A stretch of DNA of 64,000 nt from Macrostomum lignano (lineage: Eukaryota): contig NIVC01001409.1 in NCBI GenBank assembly GCA_002269645.1, forward strand, positions 124,001 to 188,000, given 5' to 3'. The translations under genes and the position numbers were made by a program. Positions 47,301-58,400 of the stretch are shown piece after piece (the stretch's first letter is position 1; every line of letters begins with the position of its first letter). The notes under the pieces are model-generated. The model ran no database searches. It saw only the letters and a program-made list of their open reading frames with translations, and was not told where the DNA came from.

Positions 47301-49600
47301 GAGGAAGGCCAGGACGCGGGCGGGCTGCTGCGTGAATGGTACGCCATCCTGAGCCGGGAGATCTTCAATCCCAATTACGCGCTGTTCAAGGTGAACCCAG
47401 GCGATCAGGTCACCTACACGATCAACGCAGCCAGCCACATCAACAACAATCACCTGACTTATTTCAAATTCGTTGGCCGCCTCATTGCCAAGGCCGTGTA
47501 CGACAATAAGCTGCTGGAGTGCTACTTCACCAGGGCCTTCTACAAGCACATCCTGGGCCTGCCTGTGAACTGCAGCGATCTGGAGAGCGAAGACTACGAC
47601 TTTTACAAGGGCCTGCGCTTCCTCCTGGAGAATGACGTGGCTTCCCTAGGCTACGAGCAGACATTCTCCACCGAGGTGTCCGTGTTCGGCGTCACCGAGA
47701 CTCGCGAGCTCGTGCCAGACGGTCGGAACAAGGTGGTCACCGAGGACAACAAGGCGGAGTACGTGGCCCGCGTGTGCCAGGAGCGGATGATCGGCTCCAT
47801 CAGGCAGCAGCTGGCCGCCTTTCTCGAAGGCTTCTACGATATCATTCCGAAGCGGCTCATTAGCATATTTAATGAGCAAGAGCTGGAGCTGCTCATCTCC
47901 GGCTTGCCGACTATTGACATTGACGACCTGCGGGCCAACACCTTGTATGAGAAGTACTCCGCCACTAGCCCGCAGGTGAGCGCTGATTAGCTGGCTTTGT
48001 TTTATTGGGTACTGGAGTGTCAGGTGGTGATTCGAGGTGTCAGTTTGTCACAATATATTGGTTGTCAGATGATGATAATCTGGGATTCTGGGTGTCATTT
48101 GGTAATCTGGATGTCAGCTGGTAATCCGAGGGTCAGATGGTAATCTGGGGGTCAGATGGTAATCTCGGGGTCAGATGTTAATCCGGGGGGTCAGATGGTA
48201 ATCCGGGGGGTCAGATGGTAATCCGGGGGGTCAGATGTTAATCCGGGGGGTCAGATGGTAATCCGGGGGTCAGATGGTAATCTCGGGGTCAGATGGTAAT
48301 CTGGGGGTCAGATGGTGATCTGGGGTCAGATGATAATAATCTGGGTGTCATTTGGTAATCTGGATGTCAGCTGGTAATCGGGGGGGTCAGATGGTAATCT
48401 CGGGGTCAGATGATAATCTAGGGGTCAGATTGTAATCTGGGGTGTCAGTTGTTAATCTGGGTGTCAGCTGATACTATTGGGCCCGGGTTGTCAGTGAGTA
48501 ATCGTGAGCATCTTAATAATTTTGTTGATATGACTAGAAACTCTAACTTGAAATTCTGCTCCCTCCGTCTCCTCAGATCCAGTGGCTCTGGCGGGCTCTG
48601 CGCAGCTTTGACCAGGCCGACCGGGCCCGGTTTATTCAGTTCGTCACGGGCACCAGCAAGGTGCCGCTCGGCGGCTTCGCCAAGCTGGAGGGCATGCGCG
48701 GCCAGCAGAAGTTCCAGGTGCACCGGGACGGCCGATCCACCGACAGGCTGCCGACTGCGCACACCTGGTGAGCTTTTGTATTTTGAATAACTGGTTTTGC
48801 CTTTTTTGACCTTTGACCTCAACAATTCCTCAGTAACCTTTTCTTTCGAATTCTTTTCGAAGTGACCTTTGACCTCGATTCTTTTATGGTGACCTTTGAC
48901 CTCAGTTATTTCACAGTGACCTTTGACCTCGATTCTTTCATAATGACCTATGACCTTATTTTCATGGTGACCTTTGACCTTATTTTTCATGGTGTCCTTT
49001 GATCTCGATTCTTTAATGTTGTCCTTTGACCTCTTTTCTTTCGTGGTGACCTTTGACCTTATTTTCCATGGTGTCCTTTGACCTCGATTCTTTCTTGGTG
49101 ACCTTTGACCTTATTTTTCATGGTGTCCTTTGATCTCGATTCTTTAATGGTGACCTTTGATCTCGGTTATTTCACAGTGACCTTTGATATCGGTTATTTC
49201 ATGATGACTTTTGCTTTATTTTCTTCGTGGAGTCCTTTAACCTCAATTCTTTGATGGTGACCTTTGACCTCAAACTCTTTGATGGTGAACTTTGACCTCA
49301 AACTCTTTGATGGTGAACTTTGACCTCAAATTCTTTCATGGTGACCTTTGATTTCAATAATTCCGCGGTAGCTTAAACTGCAATATTGAACTACTGGCTC
49401 TGACTGCGAGCTTACTAGTGCAAGTCATGCCATGGTTACCTTCGATAATGCCTGATTAACACTGGGACTCGAACCCCCGCCTCCGTTGTCCCCGCAGCTT
49501 CAACCAGCTGGACCTGCCAGTGTACGAGAGCTACGAGAAGCTGCGCGAGATGCTGCTGCTGGCCATCACGGAGTGCTCAGAGGGCTACGGCCTGGCCTGA
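28301..49600 (+). CDS. HUWE1: HECT E3 ubiquitin ligase HUWE1 (ARM repeats, UBA, WWE, UBM x3, HECT), 14 exons, ~3,899 aa if a 1-bp deletion near 41173-41175 is repaired
   Basis: Exons 28301-28771, 29278-29640, 30774-31670, 32309-33346, 34197-34487, 35532-36413, 37086-37651, 38361-38823, 39773-40050, 40144-43056, 44124-46688, 47298-47975, 48577-48767, 49498-49600. All junctions are GT-AG with matching phases, and the total of 11,699 nt is one short of a codon multiple. Motifs: N-terminus [19 protein letters not shown]; [12 protein letters not shown]; WWE-like W..LDERIGVW; [20 protein letters not shown]; [33 protein letters not shown]. Confidence 0.95.
28803..29162. repeat. 31-32-bp minisatellite, HUWE1 intron 1
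   Basis: GTGGCGCCAACTGCTGATGGTCAG(GG/A)GTGTTA, ~11 copies. Confidence 0.95.
29668..30680. repeat. ~29-31-bp minisatellite, HUWE1 intron 2
   Basis: AAATGGGGGAATTGCTCAAATCTCTGT(TT/GTTC), >30 copies. Confidence 0.95.
31860..32220. repeat. 25-bp minisatellite, HUWE1 intron 3
   Basis: AGTGAGACCTGTACATTAGTCTCAG, ~14 copies. Confidence 0.95.
33490..34000. repeat. 28-bp C-rich minisatellite, HUWE1 intron 4
   Basis: CCCAATGCCGCTGATCCCCATCCCAGAT, ~18 copies. Confidence 0.95.
34540..35345. repeat. 42-bp minisatellite, HUWE1 intron 5
   Basis: GTCATTCGAGCTAGTCGTGACGTCATTCACTGTAGCCATCAG, ~19 copies. Confidence 0.95.
36435..37012. repeat. ~24-bp C/A-rich minisatellite, HUWE1 intron 6
   Basis: CCCATCCCACACACTGATCCCATA and variants, ~24 copies. 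Confidence 0.93.
37745..38312. repeat. 42-bp minisatellite, HUWE1 intron 7
   Basis: AAACCTGAGAAATCCTCAATCCGAAACGGAATTCCCTTCCGC, ~13 copies. Confidence 0.95.
39100..39700. repeat. 24-bp minisatellite, HUWE1 intron 8
   Basis: CCCTGAGAACCTTGATCTCAACTA, ~25 copies. Confidence 0.95.
43125..44089 (-). mobile_element. decayed, internally shortened mariner (DD34D) in HUWE1 intron 10
   Basis: 29-bp TIRs CTTCGGGTGTGTCAAAAGTTATGTCACTG / CAGTGACATCACTTATGACACACCCGAAG (2 mismatches), flanked by TA on both sides. Minus-strand relics [17 protein letters not shown] and [22 protein letters not shown], with 34 residues between the second and third D. Stops and frameshifts are present. Confidence 0.9.
46730..47260. 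repeat. 34-bp minisatellite, HUWE1 intron 11
   Basis: AACTACATGGGGATTGGGGAAGAATCTCCCCTTA, ~15 copies. Confidence 0.95.
48060..48465. repeat. ~20-bp degenerate minisatellite, HUWE1 intron 12
   Basis: GTCAGATGGTAATC(T/C)GGGG and variants. Confidence 0.9.
48800..49355. repeat. ~27-bp degenerate minisatellite built on TGACCTTTGACCT, HUWE1 intron 13
   Basis: ~20 copies of GTGACCTTTGACCT and variants. Confidence 0.88.
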
Positions 49601-50536
49601 TCTGCCATATCTGCCTGCACTCCTGACTCACACCAGCCCAACTCACTGAGCTAATGAACCTTTGTTTCTCTTTGTTTATTTTGTTCATTGTCAGAGCCGC
49701 AAGAGCGCCTTGTCTGTAGGCGGGCATCTCGCGCTGTCTTTTGCTTATCGAAACGTATTTTCTTGTGTTTCTGTCATCGGGGCTCCATGGGTCACCGGGT
49801 TGTCGGCAAGCACAATGGACTCCCACAGGCCCCTGTCCGACAGGTGCGCCTGTCGAACTGAACAGCTTCAGCCTCTCTGGTCTCAGTTCCGGCTTCATCT
49901 GGCACTGTCCGCATCGCTTTGCTTTCTTTTGTCCTTTTTGTCCTGTTTGCTCGTTCACTCTGGCATTTAGGTCGACCTTATGAATACAGCAGTAGTTGTC
50001 TCTCACTCCCCCTCTCTCTCTGTGTGTGTCTCGCAACATCTAGTTACCAGCACCGCCTGTCAGCTAATCTGCTCTCTACATTATCCAGCTATTTTGCAGT
50101 CTGTGCCCGAGCCCCCCTCTAGCCTCTCTACTTTAAGTAGCGCGTTGCAATCATGCGCGCGAAGAAAACTTATTTTGCTTAATCTAATTATTTTCTCACC
50201 TGCCCCGCAGTCGGGAATTTTTCTCTATATTCAGATTGCGCGCAGTCCGGGCGCCTCGCCGCGGGCCGCTGTTCGAGTTTTATTTTTTCCCCGGGTTTCA
50301 TTTGCGTTCGACTTGGTTCCGCTTTAAATACCTTGAATTCACTTTCCGCCTGTCACTGCCGGCCTCCACCAATAGCGAGCTGCGGTCTGCAATCCAACAG
50401 TTTAAACTGCGCATTGTTTGATAGATGGCTGGGCAGCGAGTGAATTTCAGCAATCCACTGTAGTCCGCTTCTCTTTATTGCTACCTGTGTGGATTGCCCA
50501 CCCTATGCATGATGTTATACCTTAGCAAATGCATCT

Positions 50537-50542
50537 AATAAA
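50537..50542 (+). terminator. candidate HUWE1 polyadenylation signal AATAAA
   Basis: First AATAAA seen after the stop at 49600 (~940 nt 3' UTR); not verified by transcript data. Confidence 0.35.
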
Positions 50543-50550
50543 TATATTGA

Positions 50551-52466
50551 ACTCTTGCACACCAACTGAAATATTACCACAAAACAGGCACTCGCTCTGG
50601 CATTGGTAAAATGCAAAAACTTTAATTCTCTGCTTTGGCTTTGAGCTGGCCGCCTTCACTGCTGCTCCATTTTTATACTTTCAACTGGTTCTCCTATATC
50701 CCTTCCCCATCTCCCTCCATCTCATTGTCCTTTCCCATCTCCCTGCCTTCCCCATCTCCCTGCCTTCCCCATCTCCCTGCCTTCCCCATCTCCCTGCCTT
50801 CCCCATCTCCCTGCCTTCCCCATCTCCCTGCCTTCCCCATCTCCCTGCCTTCCCCATCTCCCTGCCTTCCCCATCTCCCTGCCTTCCCCATCTCCATGCC
50901 TTCCCCATCTCCCTGCCTTCCCCATCTCCCTGCCTTCCCCATCTCCCTGCCTTCCCCATCTCCCTGCCTTCCCCATCTCCCTGCCTTCCCCATCTCCCTC
51001 CATCTCATTGTCCTTTCCCATCTCCCTGCCTTCCCCATCTCCTTGCCTTCCCCATCTCCCTGCCTTCCCCATCTCCCTGCCTTCCCCATCTCCCTGCCTT
51101 CCCCATCTCCTTGCCTTCCCCATTTCCCTGCCTTCCCCATCTCCATGCCTTCCCCATTTCCCTGCCTTCCCCATCTCCATGCCTTCCCCATCTCCCTGCC
51201 TTCCCCATCTCCATGCCTTCCCCATCTCCTTGCCTTCCCCATCTCCATGCCTTCCCCATCTCCTTGCCTTCCCCATCTCCATGCCTTCCCCATCCCTGTC
51301 CGTCCCTGTCTCCCAGCCGCTAGAACAGCGATGAAAAATGAAGCATACTTTTTTCTGGATCTTATCAAACGCGCCGAAACTCCTAAAGAATAAAAAGCAC
51401 CGCTTGCTCTCTCCGGGATCTGCCTGACTCGGCTGTGTGTGTTGGTACCGGCGCACTCTTGCACACCAACTGAAATATTACCACAAAACAGGCACTCGCT
51501 CTGGCATTGGTAAAATGCAAAAACTTTAATTCTCTGCTTTGGCTTTGAGCTGGCCGCCTTCACTGCTGCTCCATTTTTATACTTTCAACTGGTTCTCCTA
51601 TATCCCTTCCCCATCTCCCTCCATCTCATTGTCCTTTCCCATCTCCCTGCCTTCCCCATCTCCCTGCCTTCCCCATCTCCCTGCCTTCCCCATCTCCCTG
51701 CCTTCCCCATCTCCCTGCCTTCCCCATCTCCCTGCCTTCCCCATCTCCCTGCCTTCCCCATCTCCCTGCCTTCCCCATCTCTCTGCCTTCCCCATCTTCA
51801 TGCCTTCCTTATCTCCCTGCCTTCCCCATCTCCATGCCTTCCTTATCTCCCTGCCTTCCCATCTCCATGCCTTCCCATCTCTCTGCCTTCCCCATCTCCA
51901 TGCCTTCCCCATCTCCATGCCTTCCCCATCTCCATGCCTTCCTTATCTCCCTGCCTTCCCCATCTCCCTGCCTTCCCCATCTCCATGCCTTCCCCATCTC
52001 CCTGCCTTCCCCATCTCCATGCCTTCCTTATCTCCCTGCCTTCCCCATCTCCCTGCCTTCCCCATCTCCCTGCCTTCCTTATCTCCCTGCCTTCCCCATC
52101 TCCCTGCCTTCCCCATCTCCCTGCCTTCCCCATCTCCATGCCTTCCCCATCTCCCTGCCTTCCCCATCTCCCTGCCTTCCCCATCTCCCTGCCTTCCCCA
52201 TCTCCCTGCCTTCCCCATCTCCCTGCCTTCCCCATCTCCATGCCTTCCCCATCTCCCTGCCTTCCCCATCTCCCTGCCTTCCCCATCTCCCTGCCTTCCC
52301 CATCCCTGTCCGTCCCTGTCTCCCAGCCGCTAGAACAGCGATGAAAAATGAAGCATACTTTTTTCTGGATCTCATCAAACGCGCCGAAACTCCTAAAGAA
52401 TAAAAAGCACCGCTTGCTCTCTCCGGGATCTGCCTGACTCGGCTGTGTGTGTTGGTACCGGCGCAC
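50551..52466. repeat. two-copy tandem duplication (~0.9-1.0 kb), each copy containing a 17-bp C-rich minisatellite
   Basis: Unit 1 is 50551-51454 and unit 2 is 51455-52466. They share near-identical unique heads and tails around CCTTCCCCATCTCCCTG arrays of different length. Confidence 0.93.
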
Positions 52467-52929
52467 CTGTATTTAGCCAGCCTTGGTCCGCAGCCAGCCC
52501 TCACACACGCAGAGGCCCGGCTCTGCACTGCTTGAGGCTCAGTCCCGGGCTGAGTTTATTTTGCGTATTGAAACCGCCGGTCCACTGCAATTTCCCGTCG
52601 CAGCCCCCACCTCTCTGAATGCTCTCGGACCTGCAATGGATATGCTGGGGCTGAGCGCTACTCCACTTTGGCTTCAATAAAATCTGCTCTGGATTGGGAC
52701 AGGCAGGTAAATAGAGGCTCAGGCTTCGCCCACCCCCCCCCCCCTTCACAACCGGCGCTCTGTCCAGGCCTGAAGAAGTGCCCGGCCCGCATAGCGCCCG
52801 GCTGCGGAGCTGCAGACACCGGAAGAGCCGATAAGAGATGGCGGGCTGGCTTGGACTTGGTTGCTGGGGTGGCCGCTGCCAGCCTTGGCAGAGAGTCAGT
52901 TCAAGGGCATGCTGTGTTTGGGAGCGTCT

Positions 52930-53610
52930 GTTAGTTCCTGGTCATTGCTGTTTGCCTCTGAGAGTGCCTGGTCATTGTGGTTTGCCAGTAAAAGTGCCTG
53001 ATCATTGTAGTTTGCCTGTCAGAGGGCCTGGTCATTGTGGTTTGCCTGTGAGAGTGCCTGGTCATTGTGGTTTGTCTGTGAGAGTGCCTGGTCATTGTGT
53101 TTTGCCTGTCAGAGGGCCTCGTCATTGTGGTTTGCCTGTGAGAGTGCCTGGTCATTGTGGTTTGCCTGTGAGAGTGCCTGGTCATTGTAGTTTGCCTGTC
53201 AGAGGGCCTGGTCATTGTGGTTTGCCTGTGAGAGTGCCTGGTCATTGTGGTTTGTCTGTGAGAGTGCCTGGTCATTGTGTTTTGCCTGTCAGAGGGCCTC
53301 GTCATTGTGGTTTGCCTGTGAGAGTGCCTGGTCATTGTGGTTTGCCTGTGAGAGTGCCTGGTCATTGTGGTTTGCCTGTCAGAGTGCCTGGTCATTGTGG
53401 TTTGCCTGTCAGAGGGCCTGGTCATTGTGGTTTGCCTGTGAGAGTTCCTGGTCATTGTGGTTTGCCTGTGAGAGTTCCTGGTCATTGTGGTTTGTCTGTG
53501 AGAGTGCCTGGTCATTGTGATTTGCCTGTAAAAGTGCCTGATCATTGTGGTTTGCCCGTGAGAGTGCCTGGTCATTGTAGTTTGCCTGTGAGAGTGCCTG
53601 GTCATTGTGG
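52930..53610. repeat. 30-bp minisatellite
   Basis: GTGCCTGGTCATTGTGGTTTGCCTGTGAGA, ~22 copies. Confidence 0.95.
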
Positions 53611-53634
53611 TGTCACTGCCTGGTCAGTCTTGTG

Positions 53635-53750
53635 CAGGTCCTGACCGGGGTGCTGCAGTCATCATGCTATCAGGTCCTGACCGGGGTGCTGCAGTCATCA
53701 TGCTATCAGGTCCTGACCGGGGTGCTGCAGTCATCATGCTATCAGGTCCT
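53635..53750. repeat. 36-bp repeat x3
   Basis: CAGGTCCTGACCGGGGTGCTGCAGTCATCATGCTAT. Confidence 0.9.
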
Positions 53751-54046
53751 GCTACACTCCCGCTCCCACTGCCGGTCAATGCAAGCAGAAGCCGGCCCCA
53801 CAGCCAATGGCGCGCTACGATAGCAGGCAGCAAAGCAGTGGGAGATTTCTCCTCCAATAGTTGCCGGTCGTCTGAGCCTTCTCGCTCCACCCTTACGCTC
53901 AGCCAGCCAGTTCCTCATTAACCTAGCCTATCCCCCTGTCCCCCCTGCCCCTCACCTCGCCTCCGCCATTTACTTTTAGCCTGCTATTCCGGTCTGACAG
54001 CCCGAGCAGCTCATAGTGTTGAGACCGCGTGCCCCACCGGAAGCCA

Positions 54047-55367
54047 ATGTACAGCCAGCAGCAGCAACAGCTCCCCGCTCACCCCGAGGCTGACGAGGAT
54101 CCCACCAGCCAGGACTTCGAGGAGTCTCGCGGCTTGAAAGCGCAGCAGCCGCCGCCCCCGCCGCCTTCGCTGCCAATGTCTCACGGTCACAATGGCAACG
54201 GAAAGAAGGATAGCGAGGGCGCCGCGGCTGGAATGACGTCTAGCACAGGCTCAAGGCTGTACCAATCTCACATCATCGGAGCCGACCATGGTGAGAGCAG
54301 GAAGAATTACAGGGAGACCGGAAGAGTGACAGGGAGACCGGAAGAGTGACAGGGAGACCGGAAGAGTGACAGGGAGACCGGAAGAGCGACAGGGAGACCG
54401 GAAGAGTGACAGGGAGACCGGAAGAGCGACAGGGAGACCGGAAGAGTGACAGGGAGACCGGAAGAGTGACAGGGAGACCGGAAGAGTGACAAAGAGACCA
54501 GAAGAGTGACAGGGAGACCGGAAGAGTGACAGGGAGACCGGAAGAGCGACAGGGAGACCGGAAGAGTGACAGGGAGACCGGAAGAGTGACAGGGAGACTT
54601 TAAGAGCGACAGGGAGACTTTAAGAGTGACAGGGAGACTTTAAGAGTGACAGGGAGACTTTAAGAGTGACAGGGAGACCAGAAGAGTGACAGGGAGACGG
54701 GAAGAGTGACAGAAACTGTAGGCAATCCCAGACAAGCTGCAGTTAAATGTCAGGAGAGGACAACTGCAGGCTGGCAGCGAGTGTCTGCAGAGCTGGAATG
54801 TCGCGCAAGGCAAGACAGAGCTGACAATGAATCGACTGTCGCAGAAGGCGGTTTAGTCCCAGGGAAAGCAGGGGCAGTCCGGAGGCTGGCTGGGAGCAAG
54901 AGAGAAGATGGCGGCGGGCCCCAAGAAGCAATTATTGCCCCCCAGAAATTCCGACTGGCGGGCAAGAGAGCTGTCAAAGAGCCGGGGATCTGGGAGGCAA
55001 CTGGGAGTCTGGCGCAGGCTGGCCTGCACTTGCGACCGAATCCCTGAGTGACAGGCGGGCGGCAGCTCCGGCCTGCTGCCAGGGCTGTTTGGAGGATTCC
55101 GGAGGCCGAAGAGGCAGGCTGGGGAGCGAGAATCGGCGGTAGGTTTCTGTCTTCTTCTTCTTCTGCTTCCAAGCAAGTCCCCCGCGAAGGCAATTATCCA
55201 GCTGCGTAAATGACACAGTGACTGACAGGCAGGGACGGGGAGTGTTCGACTGGTATCTTGCAGGAGGCCTGCGGGCGGGATGAGCGAGTGAAAAGGGGTT
55301 GGGCTGAGAGAATACGCGGATATGGCTTGGGGAGATTAGTGAGCTAGTGAGTTTTGTTATTTATTTT

Positions 55368-55439
<72 letters not shown>

Positions 55440-58400
55440 TTTAGTTGGTTAGTTAGTTAGTTAGTCAGTCAGTCAGGCAGTCAGGCAGTCAGGCAGTCAG
55501 GCAGTCAGTCAGTCAGTCAGGCAGTCAGGCAGTCAGTCAGGCAGTCAGGCAGGCAGTCAGTCAGGCAGTCAGGCAGTCAGTCAGGCAGTCAGGCAGTCAG
55601 TCAGGCAGTCAGGCAGTCAGGCAGTCAGGCAGTCAGTCAGGCAGTCAGGCAGTCAGTCAGGCAAGGCAGGCAGTCAGGCAGTCAGTCAGGCAAGGCAGTC
55701 AGTCAGTCAGGCAAGGCAGTCAGTCAGGCAGTCAGTCAGTCAGTCAGTCAGGCAAGGCAGTCAGGCAGTCAGGCAAGGCAGTCAGGCAGTCAGTCAGGCA
55801 AGGCAGTCAGTCAGTCAGGCAAGGCAGTCAGTCAGGCAGTCAGGCAGTCAGTCAGTCAGGCAAGGCAGTCAGGCAGTCAGGCAGTCAGTCAGTCAGGCAA
55901 GGCAGTCAGTCAGGCAGGCAGTCAGGCAGTCAGTCAGGCAAGGCAGTCAGTCAGGCAGGCAGTCAGGCAGTCAGGCAGTCAGTCAGTCAGGCAGTCAGGC
56001 AGGCAGGCAGTCAGGCAGTCAGTCAGGCAGTCAGTCAGGCAGTCAGTCAGGCAGTCAGTCAGTCAGTCAGTCAGGCAGTCAGGCAGCTTCTCCCCCAATC
56101 CCTGGCCTGAGCAAGAGGGATCATTTTTCACCCGGCAAATTTGGACCACTGTTTTGTGAAACAAAAAACTCTCCACCCGGCCGACTTATCTTCCCTGCCG
56201 GTGAGCACGGGGCGCCGGGAACCCTGCGGCTGGCGGTGGAGGGGACACCGGGAGAGGCTGGGGCGGCGGCTGCGCGGTCCGCTCTCATCCTTCATCTGAC
56301 TGTCCGACGGCGGCAGCGGCGGCGGCTGCAGAGTCCGAGGGTCCCCCGCTGAAAAGGGGAGCGGGATGCTGGGGATTGATGAGGCTGTCAGCGGGCGAGG
56401 GCCGACCCAGCATCCCAAGTCGGTCCATCGGTCCGTCACCTTCTCCTGTCGCCTCAAATCTCCCATTCTGAGAGGCCCTGGTCCATCCCCAGCAGCTTCC
56501 TTGGCGCCTGGGGAGGCTTCCTCTGACCATTCTCTGGGCTGAAAGACGGGGGGAGTTTGAGGAGAAGCTGTTTGCGCAGATCCCGCGGGAGATTAGTGGG
56601 AGGGGACGGCAGCTTCCCCACGATCCCATTGTAATTTCTGCTTCTGGGCCGGGGCATCCGGCCGCACTGCGGGGGCTTCTGTTTGCCTCTCCGGCTGCTA
56701 GAAGAATTCGTCACCACTTTCTGCTCAGCGATGACGCAATCAGCTGAGCGCGTTGGCGGGGGCATCTCAGAAAATTGCCCCGTGGGAACATGTCACCTCC
56801 TTCATTCCTAGCTGCCCGGGACTGCAGTATCGGCGCCCGCGTTTTCACCTCAGCTGGGAGAGTCCCGGCCTCCCTTTTTGTCAGCCGGTTCTTTGCCAGA
56901 GAATCTCGGATTTCAGCCTCTCGGCACCCCTGAGCTCCCACCTGGCCCAGCTCAGGGCGCCAGTCTCGCTCACGGAGCATTTTTGCAATCACCAACACCC
57001 TCCCGCCCCGCTTCCTGGGAGCGTCTCCCATTTCCCGACCCCCCCCCCCGGAGAGTCGCAGCCGACACCCTCTGCTGAGCAGCATCTGGCTGCTGCTGTC
57101 TTCTAGGGGAAAGGCAGGCGAAAAAGAAAGTTTTTGCCCCCCATAGGCTGGCCAGAGTTGGTCGGAAATCCAAAACTGGCGTATTGTTGCAGAAAATGAT
57201 CTCGGGAAATTTCCAACTTGCAAAATTAGAGTCAGCGGAAAGTTCTGCTGTAAAATACACTGCCAGCCCCTTCTTCTTCTAGAGGAGGGGAAAGGGGTTG
57301 ACTCGGGTGTCGAGTTTTGTTTGAGGAGGTTCCGCTGACCAAGTTTGCCTCCCTGTAATCAGTCCGAGGGAGCGGGAAGAGAAGGAGAGAGTGGGGCGAG
57401 GGAGATGAAGGAGAGGCTGAGAGACAGGCCAAGTCGCACTCAGGCCGCTGGCAATGCTGGCATTGATTTACACGCAAATGCTTTCCCCGGCTACTCTCTC
57501 ATGCCGAAGAGGAGTTCCCGCTATTGACTATAACTTACTTCAGGCATAGTAGAGCACAGCGGCCGGGGCCGCTGTTCCCACGCAGAGGAAAACAGGGGGA
57601 GGGGGGGCAGGAGATACCAGCAGGTATCCTGGAAACCTGGGGCCGCAGCCCAGCGGTAGCGCAGCTGCTCTGGTGTGCCAGCGACCCAGGCTCGATTCAA
57701 AGTGCAGTCACATTAATTTGGGGCTGAATTGGAATCTCGGCTTGGCTCTGCTCGTGCAATTAACGGCCTTGAGAGCCAACCCCCCAAGGCGCAGTGAAGT
57801 GTACATGCCTAACGATAATATAAAGTTAGGGCCGCTGTACACTCCTGTGTGTGTGTGTGTGCCTGCGTACGTATCCGCGCGCTTGTATGCCTGCTCAGGG
57901 GAGTCGGCGGAATGGGCAGTAGTGCCTCTCGCCGGTTGTGTGTTGATGTCGCTTAAAGTGCGCCAGGGTGCACACAACCCCCCTGCCTCTAAAAAAAAAA
58001 TCTTGGAAACCTTCAGGGTCTTCTGGATTTCCTGCTTCGCATGCATCGCCCGCCCCCGCCGTCCATTTCAGACTCAAAGGACTCCGGCGGTTTCAACTTC
58101 TGCGCCTGGGCGCTGACCATTTTCTCTTACGTAATAGCCGGCCTGACGTTCCCGCTGTCTCTGTTCGTCTGCCTTAAGGTGAGTCCGGGCTCCCGTGCAG
58201 TGCGTGACTCACCATCTTGGCCCAGTTTCCAGCTGAGAAGGCGGATTTCAAATTGAATATTTTTCGGCTGCTGCTTCTGCTCCGGCTGACATTTATTGCT
58301 CGAATATCAATGGCGAGTTCTGGCTGCAGGTCTGCCGCTGATCCCCCTCCTCTCTGCCCGCAGGTCGTGCAGGAGTACGAGAGAGCCGTCATCTTCCGCT

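Noticed and set aside
28516-48790. Numerous overlapping antisense and alternative-frame ORFs over HUWE1 exons and introns
   Set aside because: Expected from GC-rich coding DNA and from repeat units lacking stops.
49462-49480. GGGTTCGAGTCCC B-box-like motif on the minus strand (and a similar plus-strand motif near 62042)
   Set aside because: Isolated T-loop-like motif with no A box or cloverleaf; not a tRNA gene.
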